The translations under genes and the position numbers were made by a program. A stretch of 64,000 nt of DNA, taken from contig CAWDOD010000002.1 of NCBI GenBank assembly GCA_963803805.1, positions 512,001 to 576,000 on the forward strand. Direction: 5' to 3'. Shown piece after piece: positions 22,161 to 31,957 of this stretch; within the stretch, counting starts at the first letter, position 1, and each line of letters begins with the position of its first letter. Below the pieces are notes generated by a model. It did not search any database. It worked only from the letters and a program-made list of their open reading frames with translations, and had not been told where the DNA came from. The stretch is from an uncultured cyanobacterium (GTDB lineage Bacteria > Cyanobacteriota > Cyanobacteriia > Cyanobacteriales > CAWCAG01).

Positions 22161-22547
22161 CTAATTTTTGGGAAAGGAACATTCAACGGTGATTTTTAAA
22201 TGGCTATCTGCTGAACCTTCGGTGACATAGGGAACACCAACTTTTCCTCCTACCTTAATGCCGAACTCTAGAGTTACTTTATCTATGTTGGCATTGGCTA
22301 TATCTTGGAAAGCTTTAAGAGTATATTTTGTATAGGCTTTGATTGTGCCTTGGATAGCTTGGAAATTTTGGGCAATTTGTTCTTGGGGTAAAACGGGTTG
22401 TTTTCCCTGCAAAATATCCCTTAACCCTTTATCCTGTTTGCCTAATTCTTCTCTGGTTAATTCTGTTTCTTCATCAGGGGGAGTAGTTTCTGGGACAGCA
22501 ATTTCGATGTTTTCCTTCGCTTCAATATAAATCACTGTGCCGTCCAT
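22161..22547 (-). CDS. trypsin-co-occurring (Trypco1/CU044_2847-like) domain protein, possibly 5'-truncated
   Basis: DGTVIYIEA...DKVTLEFGIKVGG..GVPYVTEGSADSHLKITVEC. Confidence 0.65.
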   Translation of the reverse strand: MDGTVIYIEAKENIEIAVPETTPPDEETELTREELGKQDKGLRDILQGKQPVLPQEQIAQNFQAIQGTIKAYTKYTLKAFQDIANANIDKVTLEFGIKVGGKVGVPYVTEGSADSHLKITVECSFPKN

Positions 22548-22550
22548 TAC

Positions 22551-22735
22551 GACTCATCGGACTTACTCTACCATTCATTTCACTTACGGAATCATTCATT
22601 TGGCTTACATTAGACCTGTCCATTAATTAAAATTTAGTCTAGATTTTGTAAGGGCTTCAGATTAATTTTTGGACAAGTCTATTACAATTCATCAGACTTA
22701 CTTTGCCATATATTTGGCTTACGGAATCATTTTTT
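22551..22735. repeat. degenerate 21-bp tandem repeat array A (interrupted)
   Basis: TTAC at 22563, 22584, 22605, then 22698, 22719. Confidence 0.8.
22612..22680. mobile_element. 69-bp MITE with ATT target duplication
   Basis: IR AGAC(C/T)TGTCCA..AATTAA; ATT at 22609-22611 and 22681-22683; removing 72 bp restores the 21-bp period. Confidence 0.75.
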
Positions 22736-22875
22736 GATTAATAGAGCAAATTTAATTGCGATGCTGAAGGCAAGAGAAGCTATCGTCAGGCGATACCCTA
22801 CCGGTGCAGTGAAGCGATCGCTTTAATCAACTACGTAAAAAAAGGGGAATGAAGTTTTGTAAAATAGAACTATGC

Positions 22876-22897
22876 TTATCTATTAGGTTAATACTTT
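22876..22897 (+). repeat. 22-bp direct repeat, copy 1
   Basis: TTATCTATTAGGTTAATACTTT, identical at 24925-24946. Confidence 0.85.
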
Positions 22898-23132
22898 GGT
22901 TAAAAAAATTGACATCAAAAAACAACCATTCAACCTTCAAGAACTTCTCTCTCTGTTAAATCAGCATACAGAGATTATCTTGACAGAGGGGAGCATTCCT
23001 CAAGCGCGCTTAGTTGCTTTACCCACAAAACCAAATAAGTTGAGAGTTCCAGGACTACATCCCCAGGCTTTTCGTCTGAGTGAAGATTTTGATGCTCCTT
23101 TGCCTGATAAATTTTGGCTAGGAAATATATGA
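22896..23132 (+). CDS. Phd/YefM-like antitoxin
   Basis: EIILTE...ARLV...RVPGL...SEDFDAPLP; ATGA overlap with the PIN gene. Confidence 0.8.
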   Translation: MVKKIDIKKQPFNLQELLSLLNQHTEIILTEGSIPQARLVALPTKPNKLRVPGLHPQAFRLSEDFDAPLPDKFWLGNI

Positions 23133-23515
23133 AATTATTGTTGGATACCCATGCTTTTCTTTGGTGGGATAGTGAACCAGCAAAGCTTTCTCCTACGGCA
23201 ACTGGTTTAATACAAGATGAAACTAATGAAGTTATCCTCAGTGTTGTTAGCGTTTGGGAGATACAAATCAAATCCCAGTTGGGCAAGTTAGAGATTCAGC
23301 AACCTTTGGCGGAGATTATTAATAGCCAGCACACCAATAATGGTATAGATATCCTATCAATCACTCTTCAGCACGTTTTACTTTTAGAAAATTTGCCAAC
23401 TCCTCACAAAGATCCTTTTGATCGTCTTTTAATTGCTCAAGCAATAGCAGAAAATGCTACTTTAGTTAGTCGTGATCACATTTTTTCTGAGTATCCTGTA
23501 AGCGTAATTTGGTAA
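23129..23515 (+). CDS. VapC-type PIN toxin
   Basis: LLLDTHAFLW, SVWEI.IK, HKDPFDRLLIAQA, LVSRD. Confidence 0.92.
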   Translation: MKLLLDTHAFLWWDSEPAKLSPTATGLIQDETNEVILSVVSVWEIQIKSQLGKLEIQQPLAEIINSQHTNNGIDILSITLQHVLLLENLPTPHKDPFDRLLIAQAIAENATLVSRDHIFSEYPVSVIW

Positions 23516-23892
23516 GAAATTTCTTCTATTTGCTCCCTAATCCTTATATTAAACTAATGCCTTTACGCTCCCACCATTCATCTTAACCTTTGCTATGTCT
23601 TTTACCCTGATACTACTTCTTCCCAAGTAGGAACTCTTTCCCATTCACTAGCAATCGGTTCATACTTGCAGTAACAAATAATCGTTTCCCCCATTCACAA
23701 TCTTCAGACTGTCCAAAATAACGATTAACTCGCGTACCTTGCCCAGCATCAATTCACCTCCTAAATAATGGTGGTCAAGATTTGCCCACAACTTTAATCA
23801 ACAAATATACTATCTTTTGCCCACCCTACTTGAAAATTTGCTGTTGAGAGGCGGAAATAAAGCTTGGTGTATTTGATAATTTTGGCACAGTA

Positions 23893-24046
23893 AGGTTACT
23901 TTATCGTTCATTTGACTTACTCTGCCATTCATTTGGCTTACTCTGCGATATATTTCACTTACGGAATGACTTATTTGACTTACTTTATGACTCCTCGGAC
24001 TTACTGAGCGATCTATTTGACTTACGGAACTATTTTTTGGCATTAC
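23893..24046. repeat. degenerate 21-bp tandem repeat array B (reads as VSQ/VSE heptads in minus-strand ORF 23810-24067)
   Basis: TTAC at 23896, 23917, 23938, 23959, 23980, 24001, 24022, 24043. Confidence 0.85.
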
Positions 24047-24155
24047 TGGATAATGATATAGTTTCATCCCCTTACCTTTGAATCCTCTACCCCTAAATAC
24101 CCAAATGTTCGCGGAATTAGGAGTTTTTTACCTACTCTGGGAGGCGGATTTGGTT

Positions 24156-24662
24156 TCAATCAGAATCATCATCAGTCCCTTGTTCCAATGCAAAATCAAT
24201 CACACCTTGACTTAACCTAATTCCTCGGTTAACCATTCGAGAAATTGCTTCTGGTATGGAAATAGAATAACCTTCTCCCTTAGCTCGTAGCAAAATACCA
24301 ATTGAACCTGTAACAGAAAGTTGACTTAACCTCGCAATTCGCCTACCTGCTGCTTCATCAATACAGACAGTTTGGATATTCTCATTTATGGCTAGTTGAA
24401 TAACTGCCGCTTCACCTGGATCAAGGGCATTGAGGAGAAAAGGAGAAATATTTAAGGACTTTGGCTGTTTTGTTAGCCAAGTTGCTGCGGTAAATTCTTT
24501 AACAGCAAAATCACTAGAACCACCAACAAGGATTTCTTGACAGACTTCATAGGGAACTAATACTTTAGTGTAGAGAAATTGCAGTACTTTTAAGTCTCCC
24601 AAAGCAGCCACAAGAGCGATTAATGGCCCAGTGTTGATCACAATTGTCTCAGTTTTAGGCAT
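24156..24662 (-). CDS. DUF3368-type PIN domain protein
   Basis: VINTGPLIAL, LDPGEAAVI, IDEAAGRRIA, GSIGILL. Confidence 0.88.
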   Translation of the reverse strand: MPKTETIVINTGPLIALVAALGDLKVLQFLYTKVLVPYEVCQEILVGGSSDFAVKEFTAATWLTKQPKSLNISPFLLNALDPGEAAVIQLAINENIQTVCIDEAAGRRIARLSQLSVTGSIGILLRAKGEGYSISIPEAISRMVNRGIRLSQGVIDFALEQGTDDDSD

Positions 24663-24909
24663 TTTCTAAATCGGCTAATAATTCCTCTTCACTAAGGTCA
24701 ATCATTGGCACACCGTAACGATGTAAACTAAGCAAAAATGAGACTCTATCAATGCTGAGTAATGCTGCTGCCATGCCAGAAGAAAGACGTTTCATTTCAA
24801 AAAGTTTGACTGCCATTGCCCATTTTGCTTCCTGTTCAAACTGTTCTCTAGTTTGTTGCAAAGCATCAGGAAAGGTTTCTGGATAGTTTATAGTTAATTG
24901 GTGGGACAT
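24655..24909 (-). CDS. UPF0175 family antitoxin-like protein
   Basis: AVKLFEMKRLSSGMAA...RVSFLL.L.RYGVP; overlaps the DUF3368 gene. Confidence 0.88.
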   Translation of the reverse strand: MSHQLTINYPETFPDALQQTREQFEQEAKWAMAVKLFEMKRLSSGMAAALLSIDRVSFLLSLHRYGVPMIDLSEEELLADLENA

Positions 24910-24924
24910 ATTTTTGTGTTTAAT

Positions 24925-24946
24925 TTATCTATTAGGTTAATACTTT
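24925..24946 (+). repeat. 22-bp direct repeat, copy 2
   Basis: Identical to 22876-22897. Confidence 0.85.
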
Positions 24947-24964
24947 CTGGTGGAGATTAAGGAA

Positions 24965-25256
24965 GTGAGCGCTACAAAAGAGAAAATCATTGAAAAAAAT
25001 TGATATTCTACCAGAATCATTACTCCAAGAAATTCTCATCTTTGTAGAGTTTCTCTGTTGGCAAACTAATCATCCTCAACTAAAAAGTTTGCTCCTGGAA
25101 CACCTACTTAACCCTAAAGCTCACGGTGACGAACTCAAAACTTCAGAAAATAGTCAATCTCCCCAAGAAGAAGTAGTAGATCCTATTTCTCCTTTGCTAG
25201 GCACTTTAAAATCAGAATTTACTGATATTGGCGAAAATCATGACCAATATTGTTGA
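24965..25256 (+). pseudogene. DUF2281-like antitoxin, frameshifted in A7 run and 3'-truncated
   Basis: GTG-SATKEKIIEK joins IDILPESLLQEILIFVEFL after removing one A at 24993-24999; ends DIGENHDQY. Confidence 0.6.
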
Positions 25257-25393
25257 AAACCAGAACAGATAAAAGTTGGTCTTTGGTTGATGCGACTTCT
25301 TTTGTTATTATGGAGCAATTAAACTTACAACAAGCTCTAACTAGTGATCGACATTTTGAACAAGCAGGTTTTGTTCGTCTACTCAGAAATTGA
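25250..25393 (+). pseudogene. C-terminal fragment of a PIN toxin
   Basis: RTDKSWSLVDATSFVIMEQLNLQQALTSDRHFEQAGFVRLL*; N-terminal two-thirds missing. Confidence 0.8.
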
Positions 25394-25419
25394 ATAATCA
25401 CTCCCTAATTTACCTTCTT

Positions 25420-26301
25420 TTAACTCTTCACTCGACTAGGACTAGGATTAGGACTCCCATCAGGCAATAAATACCCCGAATCTTGTAAAAAAGCTCTAAG
25501 GGCTGTGGGAAAATCAGTATAGGTTCCGATCACATCCCCTTGATCATTATAAATATCAAGTCCCCAATCAGAATTACGGTCATAATTAGCTAACATAAAC
25601 TCCCAGCCTTCCTCAAACTCCCCTAACAAAATCTTTTGCGCCACATACCCTGCCAGGATACCATTAGCCCCATAACCTTGAGATTGCATTTCCCGAATTG
25701 CCAAATACATTTTCCAGGCATATCCTTCCATCTCCTGGGGAAACTGCTGAGTAACATCAACAAACTGACCATCTTCTAAAGATAAAATCATCAAAGGGGG
25801 AAACGAGGCAACATAAGCATCAAAGGCGTAGAAAAAGGCATTATCGAAACTGGAGAACTCTTGAGTACCATCACCATCAAGATCCTCAAAACGTCCTGCC
25901 CCGCCATCAAGATAGCCTGTAGTTGCCTTAGCAAAACCATCTCCTTGCCAAGTATAAACTGAAAAATTTGTACAACAATGAGCGCCCCCAGAATAGGTAC
26001 GGACAATCACCTCATTGCTGCCATCATTATCGATATCATCGAGTTTAACAGCACTGTATGTAGTAGTATCCTCGGAAGTATCTACATAAAGAGTTTCCCC
26101 ATAAAAGATTTGGTATTTCAACGGCGCATCATATCTGTCTTCGGTAAGTTCGTAGTTAACCATTACACGCACCGTACCATCGGATAATTCTTCGTTGAGA
26201 ATAGTTTCGTGGTTAATTTCCAATTCTGTTGCTGCTAAAGTAGGGGTTGCTAGCAACGAAATGCCCAGGAATAGTCCAGCGACGGTTTGAATTGATTTCA
26301 T
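25420..26301 (-). CDS. secreted protein with FG-GAP/VCBS-like Ca-binding loops
   Basis: Signal peptide; DIDNDGSNE, DLDGDGTQE, SGGAHCCT. Confidence 0.75.
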   Translation of the reverse strand: MKSIQTVAGLFLGISLLATPTLAATELEINHETILNEELSDGTVRVMVNYELTEDRYDAPLKYQIFYGETLYVDTSEDTTTYSAVKLDDIDNDGSNEVIVRTYSGGAHCCTNFSVYTWQGDGFAKATTGYLDGGAGRFEDLDGDGTQEFSSFDNAFFYAFDAYVASFPPLMILSLEDGQFVDVTQQFPQEMEGYAWKMYLAIREMQSQGYGANGILAGYVAQKILLGEFEEGWEFMLANYDRNSDWGLDIYNDQGDVIGTYTDFPTALRAFLQDSGYLLPDGSPNPSPSRVKS

Positions 26302-26344
26302 TTTGATAATATCAGGTAATTTAGCTTAATTTATTATTCACTTA

Positions 26345-27640
26345 GAGAAGACAACAAAAAAGATGATCCAATAATCAAGTAGGTTTACCGATGATATCGA
26401 CAAACCACTTGGGCAAAAGGGAAAATCTCTGAACTTGTTTCTCTAACTTGGCCATAGCCCTCTGAGTTAATTTAACTCCAGTGTGATAAACTTTCTCCAC
26501 GAGCCGAACGACAGGTTGCTGACCTCGAAAAGTCAAGTTTTCAGCAAAGCGTAGCACCGTTTCAACACTGTCAAGTAAGCTACCATTCCAATGTTGTTCT
26601 AACCAGCCAAAGGTACGCTCGACGGGATTATATTTGCTGTGATAGGGAGGATAGTAAGCCAAGCTAATGTGGAGTTGAGAGTGACAAGCAAACCCCACAA
26701 TTCGATGGAGAAACTGAGTACGACGGGAATGATTTTCTGGGCCATTGTCCTGGTTTAGTACCAATTTATCGATATCTCGAAAGCGGTCTTTAACCGTTGA
26801 CCACCACAACTCCAGCAAATCCACAATACAATCTGCCGTCAGTTTGGAGCTGACAAAGAACAAGTACAACTCCTGGTATTGAGGCAGAAAAATACCGTAG
26901 GGAGTTATGGTTGTAGTGGGAGTAAAGTCATGGTCTAGAGCTATTGTCCCAACTCTGGTTTTACCTCCGCGATCAAATTCCCCAATCTTGATTACTGCTT
27001 TGGCATCCATAGAAATGCGTAGGGTCTTAGGGTCTGCATCTGCTTGTTGATTGACTTGGTTGAGATGCTTAAAAATCTCTTCGGTTTCTGGTATCCGCTT
27101 TTTGGGTTTTGCTTTCTGTACTCGTTTTAAGCTATACCCCATTTCGTTTAAGCGACGGCGTATCGTCTCCACACTCGGTAATTCTTCTTCGGTATAGCCT
27201 TTGTGTTTGATTAACTGACGACGTACCTGTGCTGCACTCATCCTAGTGTATAAGCGAGTACTCTGGAAACTTGGGTCTGTTTGTGTTTGTGAGTCTACCA
27301 AGCCTCGTATATCTTCTCCCAATTGCGGCAGTTTCTTTTCTACTCGCTTACGTCCACTACGTTCATAACCATCCTTGATTTCTTCCCCACTAGTTAATTC
27401 CTTTATTCCTTTACGGATTGTTCGTCGATTCCACTTCAATTCTCTTTCTGCTAAACTTTGTCCCCCTACACCTAATTCTTTCACTACTGCTGCCATAAAC
27501 TGCCGTCTGGCACTACCTTTGAGTTGTTTGGCTGTTTTTATATAAAGAACTTTTATACTTTCGCTTAGTTTCTTCATCCACTTTTTTTACTCTCACAATT
27601 CTCCTAATTTAAACTGGATCATTCTTTTTGTGGCTCTCTC
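26345..27640 (-). mobile_element. ISAzo13-family insertion sequence
   Basis: 26-bp imperfect TIRs (20/26; GAGA...ATGATCCA); TTA duplication at 26342-26344 and 27641-27643. Confidence 0.85.
26375..27577 (-). CDS. ISAzo13-family DDE transposase
   Basis: ISMDAK, DNGPEN, YPPYHSKYNPVE, DPSFQS motifs. Confidence 0.92.
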   Translation of the reverse strand: MKKLSESIKVLYIKTAKQLKGSARRQFMAAVVKELGVGGQSLAERELKWNRRTIRKGIKELTSGEEIKDGYERSGRKRVEKKLPQLGEDIRGLVDSQTQTDPSFQSTRLYTRMSAAQVRRQLIKHKGYTEEELPSVETIRRRLNEMGYSLKRVQKAKPKKRIPETEEIFKHLNQVNQQADADPKTLRISMDAKAVIKIGEFDRGGKTRVGTIALDHDFTPTTTITPYGIFLPQYQELYLFFVSSKLTADCIVDLLELWWSTVKDRFRDIDKLVLNQDNGPENHSRRTQFLHRIVGFACHSQLHISLAYYPPYHSKYNPVERTFGWLEQHWNGSLLDSVETVLRFAENLTFRGQQPVVRLVEKVYHTGVKLTQRAMAKLEKQVQRFSLLPKWFVDIIGKPT

Positions 27641-27768
27641 TTAGCAAACCAGGATTTTCCAAAGCTGCCTTGAGGATTAATTTTTTTTGCCAAAAGTTTT
27701 GTTAAAACATAATAATGAGCGGATTAATTTACCCTCTGAACTACCACCTAACTTAGAACCAAGTCTAT

Positions 27769-30702
27769 ATGCTTAATTTGGATGCTACACTTCTGCTTAG
27801 TTCTCCCCAAACTCCAACGCCCTTAGAAGAAATCACGGCAACAGAAGCATTTGCCCAAAGGCATATAGGCCCCAATTCTCAAGAAGTGGCACAAATGCTA
27901 GAATATCTTGGCTTTTCTAGTTTAGATGAATTAATTGACAAAGCTGTTCCTGGTACTATTGCCCTTAAACAACCTTTAAAGTTACCAAAGGCAAAAAGTG
28001 AATCTGAAGCCCTGACTCAGTTAAAAGGAATAGCAGCTAAAAATCAAGTTTTACGTTCCTTTTTGGGTATGGGTTATCACGACTGCATTACCCCACCAGT
28101 AATTCAACGCAACATCTTAGAAAATCCTGGTTGGTATACTGCTTATACCCCTTATCAAGCGGAAATTGCCCAAGGTAGATTAGAGGCACTCCTTAATTTC
28201 CAAACTGCCATTATTGAATTAACGGGTTTAGAGATTGCCAACGCTTCCCTACTTGATGAAGCCACCGCCGCAGCCGAAGCAATGGCCATGAGTTATGGTT
28301 TGTGTAAAACCAAGGCGCAAGCCTTCTTTGTTTCCAGTTGCTGCCATCCTCAAACTATTGAAGTTGTGCAAACCCGCGCCTTACCTTTAGGAATTGAGGT
28401 GATTGTCGAAGATCATCGCTTCTTCAACTTCGATGTTCCCATCTTTGGAGCATTGCTGCAATACCCTGCCACCGATGGGGCAATTTATAACTACCGGGAA
28501 TTTATTGACAATGCCCATACCGTTAAAGCTTTAGTTACTATGGCCGCAGATCCTTTAAGCCTGGCTTTATTAACTCCGCCAGGGGAGTTGGGGGCAGATA
28601 TTGCGGTGGGTAGTACTCAACGTTTTGGAGTTCCTTTAGGTTATGGTGGCCCCCATGCCGCCTATTTTGCCACCAGGGAGAAGTTTAAACGGCAAGTACC
28701 AGGGAGGATTGTGGGGGTTTCTCAAGATAGCCAGGGGAAACCAGCTTTACGTTTGGCTTTGCAAACCCGTGAACAACATATCCGTCGGGATAAAGCTACT
28801 AGTAATATTTGTACCGCCCAGGTTTTATTGGCGGTGATTGCTTCTATGTATGCGGTGTATCATGGGGCAGAAGGTATTAAACGCATTGCTACTAAGGTGC
28901 ATCGTTTAGCAATAATTCTGGCAGCAGGTTGTCAAAGATTGGGTTATAGCATCAACGACGAACCCTTTTTTGATACTGTGCGGGTTGGTGTAGGGGAAAG
29001 TAGTGCCTCGGTGGTAGTGGATGTGGCGAGGAAAGCAGGTTTTAACCTCCGGCTTTTAGATGGGGGTGCAGTGGGTATTGCTTTGGATGAAACCACCACC
29101 TTAGAAGAGTTGGTTCAACTGTGGCAGATTTTTTCCATTCGCCAAGAGTTACCCTTCAACCCAGAGGAATTAGCCAGAGAAACTTTAGCAAAAACCTGTG
29201 GTCATTTACCTTCCTATTGCTTACGTACCAGCAACTATTTAACCAACCCCGTTTTCAATACCTACCACTCCGAAACAGCATTACTTCGCTATCTCCACCA
29301 ACTAGAAACCAAGGATCTCTCCTTAACTACTTCCATGATTCCCTTGGGTTCTTGTACCATGAAACTCAACGCTACTGCTGAGATGATTCCAGTAACTTGG
29401 GCTGAGTTTGGTAAAATACATCCCTTCGCCCCCCTCTCTCAAACCCAAGGTTATCAAGAACTATTTCAACAATTAGAAGCCTGGTTGACAGAAATAACTG
29501 GCTTTGCAGCTACCTCCCTCCAACCAAATGCCGGTTCCCAAGGAGAATATGCCGGACTACAGGTAATTCGCCAGTACCACCAACAACGGGGAGAAGGACA
29601 TCGCCAAATATGCTTAATCCCAGAATCTGCCCACGGTACAAACCCTGCCAGTGCAGTGATGTGTGGTTTGAAGGTGGTGGCGGTTAAATGTGATGGTGAA
29701 GGAAATATTGCGATCGCCGATTTGCAAGCCAAAGCAGAAAAACATCAAGGTAATCTTGCTGCTTTGATGATTACCTATCCTTCTACCCATGGTGTCTTTG
29801 AAGCAGGAATTAAAGAAATTTGTACCATTGTTCATAACTGTGGTGGCCAGGTTTATATGGATGGGGCAAATATGAATGCCCAAGTTGGGTTATGTCGTCC
29901 TGGGGATATTGGGGCGGATGTTTGTCACCTTAACCTTCATAAAACCTTCTGCATTCCCCACGGCGGTGGAGGCCCGGGCATGGGACCTATTGGGGTGGCA
30001 AGTCATTTAGTTCCTTTTTTACCAGGCCATTCTGTCGTTAACTTAACAGATAGTGACCAGGCACTGGGGGCAATTTCCGCAGCCCCTTGGGGTAGTGCTA
30101 GTATATTACCCATTTCCTGGATGTACATTGCTTTAATGGGGGCAGAAGGGTTAACAGAGGCGACAAAGATAGCCATATTAAACGCCAATTATATCGCCCG
30201 TCGTCTAGATGAACATTACCCGGTTTTATTTAAAGGGGAATCTGGTTTAGTCGCCCATGAATGTATTGTAGATTTACGCCCGGTGAAAAAGAAGGCGGGG
30301 ATTGAGGTGGATGATGTTGCCAAGCGGTTAATGGATTATGGTTTCCATGCCCCGACTGTTTCTTGGCCTGTACCAGGAACTATGATGATAGAACCGACTG
30401 AAAGTGAGAGTTTAAAAGAATTAGACCGTTTTTGTGAGGCGGCGATCGCCATTCGTCAAGAAATCGCTGCTATTGAGGAAGGCAAAGCAGATCCAGAAGA
30501 TAATCTCCTGAAAAATGCCCCCCATACCGCAGAAGTGTTGTTAAAAGCCGAATGGCAACATCCCTATTCTCGCCAAGAAGCAGCCTATCCTGCTTCCTGG
30601 CTGAGGGAACACAAGTTTTGGCCCAGTGTGAGTAGGATTAATAATGCTTTCGGTGATCGCAATTTAGTTTGTTCCTGTGAAGGAATGGAAGCTTTTCAAT
30701 AA
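27769..30702 (+). CDS. gcvP: glycine dehydrogenase (glycine cleavage P protein)
   Basis: [30 protein letters not shown]. Confidence 0.98.
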   Translation: MLNLDATLLLSSPQTPTPLEEITATEAFAQRHIGPNSQEVAQMLEYLGFSSLDELIDKAVPGTIALKQPLKLPKAKSESEALTQLKGIAAKNQVLRSFLGMGYHDCITPPVIQRNILENPGWYTAYTPYQAEIAQGRLEALLNFQTAIIELTGLEIANASLLDEATAAAEAMAMSYGLCKTKAQAFFVSSCCHPQTIEVVQTRALPLGIEVIVEDHRFFNFDVPIFGALLQYPATDGAIYNYREFIDNAHTVKALVTMAADPLSLALLTPPGELGADIAVGSTQRFGVPLGYGGPHAAYFATREKFKRQVPGRIVGVSQDSQGKPALRLALQTREQHIRRDKATSNICTAQVLLAVIASMYAVYHGAEGIKRIATKVHRLAIILAAGCQRLGYSINDEPFFDTVRVGVGESSASVVVDVARKAGFNLRLLDGGAVGIALDETTTLEELVQLWQIFSIRQELPFNPEELARETLAKTCGHLPSYCLRTSNYLTNPVFNTYHSETALLRYLHQLETKDLSLTTSMIPLGSCTMKLNATAEMIPVTWAEFGKIHPFAPLSQTQGYQELFQQLEAWLTEITGFAATSLQPNAGSQGEYAGLQVIRQYHQQRGEGHRQICLIPESAHGTNPASAVMCGLKVVAVKCDGEGNIAIADLQAKAEKHQGNLAALMITYPSTHGVFEAGIKEICTIVHNCGGQVYMDGANMNAQVGLCRPGDIGADVCHLNLHKTFCIPHGGGGPGMGPIGVASHLVPFLPGHSVVNLTDSDQALGAISAAPWGSASILPISWMYIALMGAEGLTEATKIAILNANYIARRLDEHYPVLFKGESGLVAHECIVDLRPVKKKAGIEVDDVAKRLMDYGFHAPTVSWPVPGTMMIEPTESESLKELDRFCEAAIAIRQEIAAIEEGKADPEDNLLKNAPHTAEVLLKAEWQHPYSRQEAAYPASWLREHKFWPSVSRINNAFGDRNLVCSCEGMEAFQ

Positions 30703-30891
30703 TTGATCATTACCATCTACTTCTTTTAGCTCTCTAAGTGCATAATTGTAAGATGCACGACAAGCAAATTGCTGTAACTTAAGGTAGACTCTGTTTCCTC
30801 ACCTGCGGGGGATTATCTTTAACTGGGGATTTTTTTAAGATGTGGTTGCCATCGCAATTAAAAAGAATTTTGTAAGATTTAAGAGATTTGT

Positions 30892-31758
30892 ATGACAATT
30901 TCAGCAGACCAAATTCCCGCCCAATCCCAAAAACGAAAACCTGGTTTAGAATCCAAAATGGACCCCCCGCCCCAATATGATCGTGATACCTACAAAGGTA
31001 GCGGCAAGCTTGAAGGCAAGGTGGCCCTCATTACTGGAGGAGATAGCGGTATTGGACGTTCCGTTGCTGTCCTCTATGCTAAAGAAGGGGCTGATGTGGC
31101 AGTTTCTTATCTCAATGAACATGAGGATGCTAAGGAAACTCAACGCCTTGTCCAACAACAAGGAAAGAAATGTTTCCTCCTTCCTGGGGATATTAGCGAA
31201 GAGAATTTTTGTACTGAAATCATCCAAAAGGTTGTTGATAAGTTTGGTCAACTGGATATTCTGGTTAACAATGCAGCCGAACAGTACCAAGAAGACGGAC
31301 AAACCTTAGAAAGTATTGACGCTGAACGTTTAAATAAAATCTTTGGTGTCAACATCTTCTCAATGTTTTACTTAACTAAAGCTGCCATCCCTCATCTTAA
31401 AGCGGGAAGTACGATTATCAATACCACCTCAATCAATGCCTACAAAGGTAACTCTCTCCTCATCAGCTACTCTACTACCAAAGGTGCTATCCTCGCCTTC
31501 ACCCGTTCCATCGCTGAACCTCTCCTAGAAAAAGGTATTCGCGTCAATGCCGTTGCACCAGGTCCAATTTGGACTCCCTTTATCCCCAGTACCCTCGATG
31601 CTGACGATGTAGAAGGGTTTGGCAAACAAGTACCAATGAAGCGTCCAGGGCAACCTGTGGAAGTTGCCACTTGTTTTGTCTTCCTCGCCTCAGAAGATTC
31701 TTCCTACCTTGCTGGGCAAGTTCTCCATCCTAACGGTGGTGTAGTGGTTAATGCTTGA
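30892..31758 (+). CDS. SDR oxidoreductase (YghA/YhxC-like)
   Basis: TGGDSGIG, NNAA, YSTTK, PGPIWTP. Confidence 0.92.
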   Translation: MTISADQIPAQSQKRKPGLESKMDPPPQYDRDTYKGSGKLEGKVALITGGDSGIGRSVAVLYAKEGADVAVSYLNEHEDAKETQRLVQQQGKKCFLLPGDISEENFCTEIIQKVVDKFGQLDILVNNAAEQYQEDGQTLESIDAERLNKIFGVNIFSMFYLTKAAIPHLKAGSTIINTTSINAYKGNSLLISYSTTKGAILAFTRSIAEPLLEKGIRVNAVAPGPIWTPFIPSTLDADDVEGFGKQVPMKRPGQPVEVATCFVFLASEDSSYLAGQVLHPNGGVVVNA

Positions 31759-31786
31759 TTTTTTCTAGGTAGACTTACTTGACACC

Positions 31787-31823
31787 GACATACTCCCCGT
31801 CCTTATAGATCGGGGAGTATGTC
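31787..31823. repeat. 13-bp-stem palindrome (terminator or IS200/IS605-end-like)
   Basis: GACATACTCCCCG-N11-CGGGGAGTATGTC. Confidence 0.6.
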
Positions 31824-31957
31824 AACTAAGAAACTCTGCTAGGGATTTAAAATCTTTTTTCGTTTTGATAAAATTGCTATATCTTTTTGAGTAAGAAAAA
31901 TAATGATATTTTCTTTAACCTAAAGGTAGTTTTACTAAAGGATAATTATTATCAAAG

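Noticed and set aside
23893-24046. CRISPR array
   Set aside because: The period is only 21 bp, the units are tandem and degenerate with no unique spacers, and no cas genes are present
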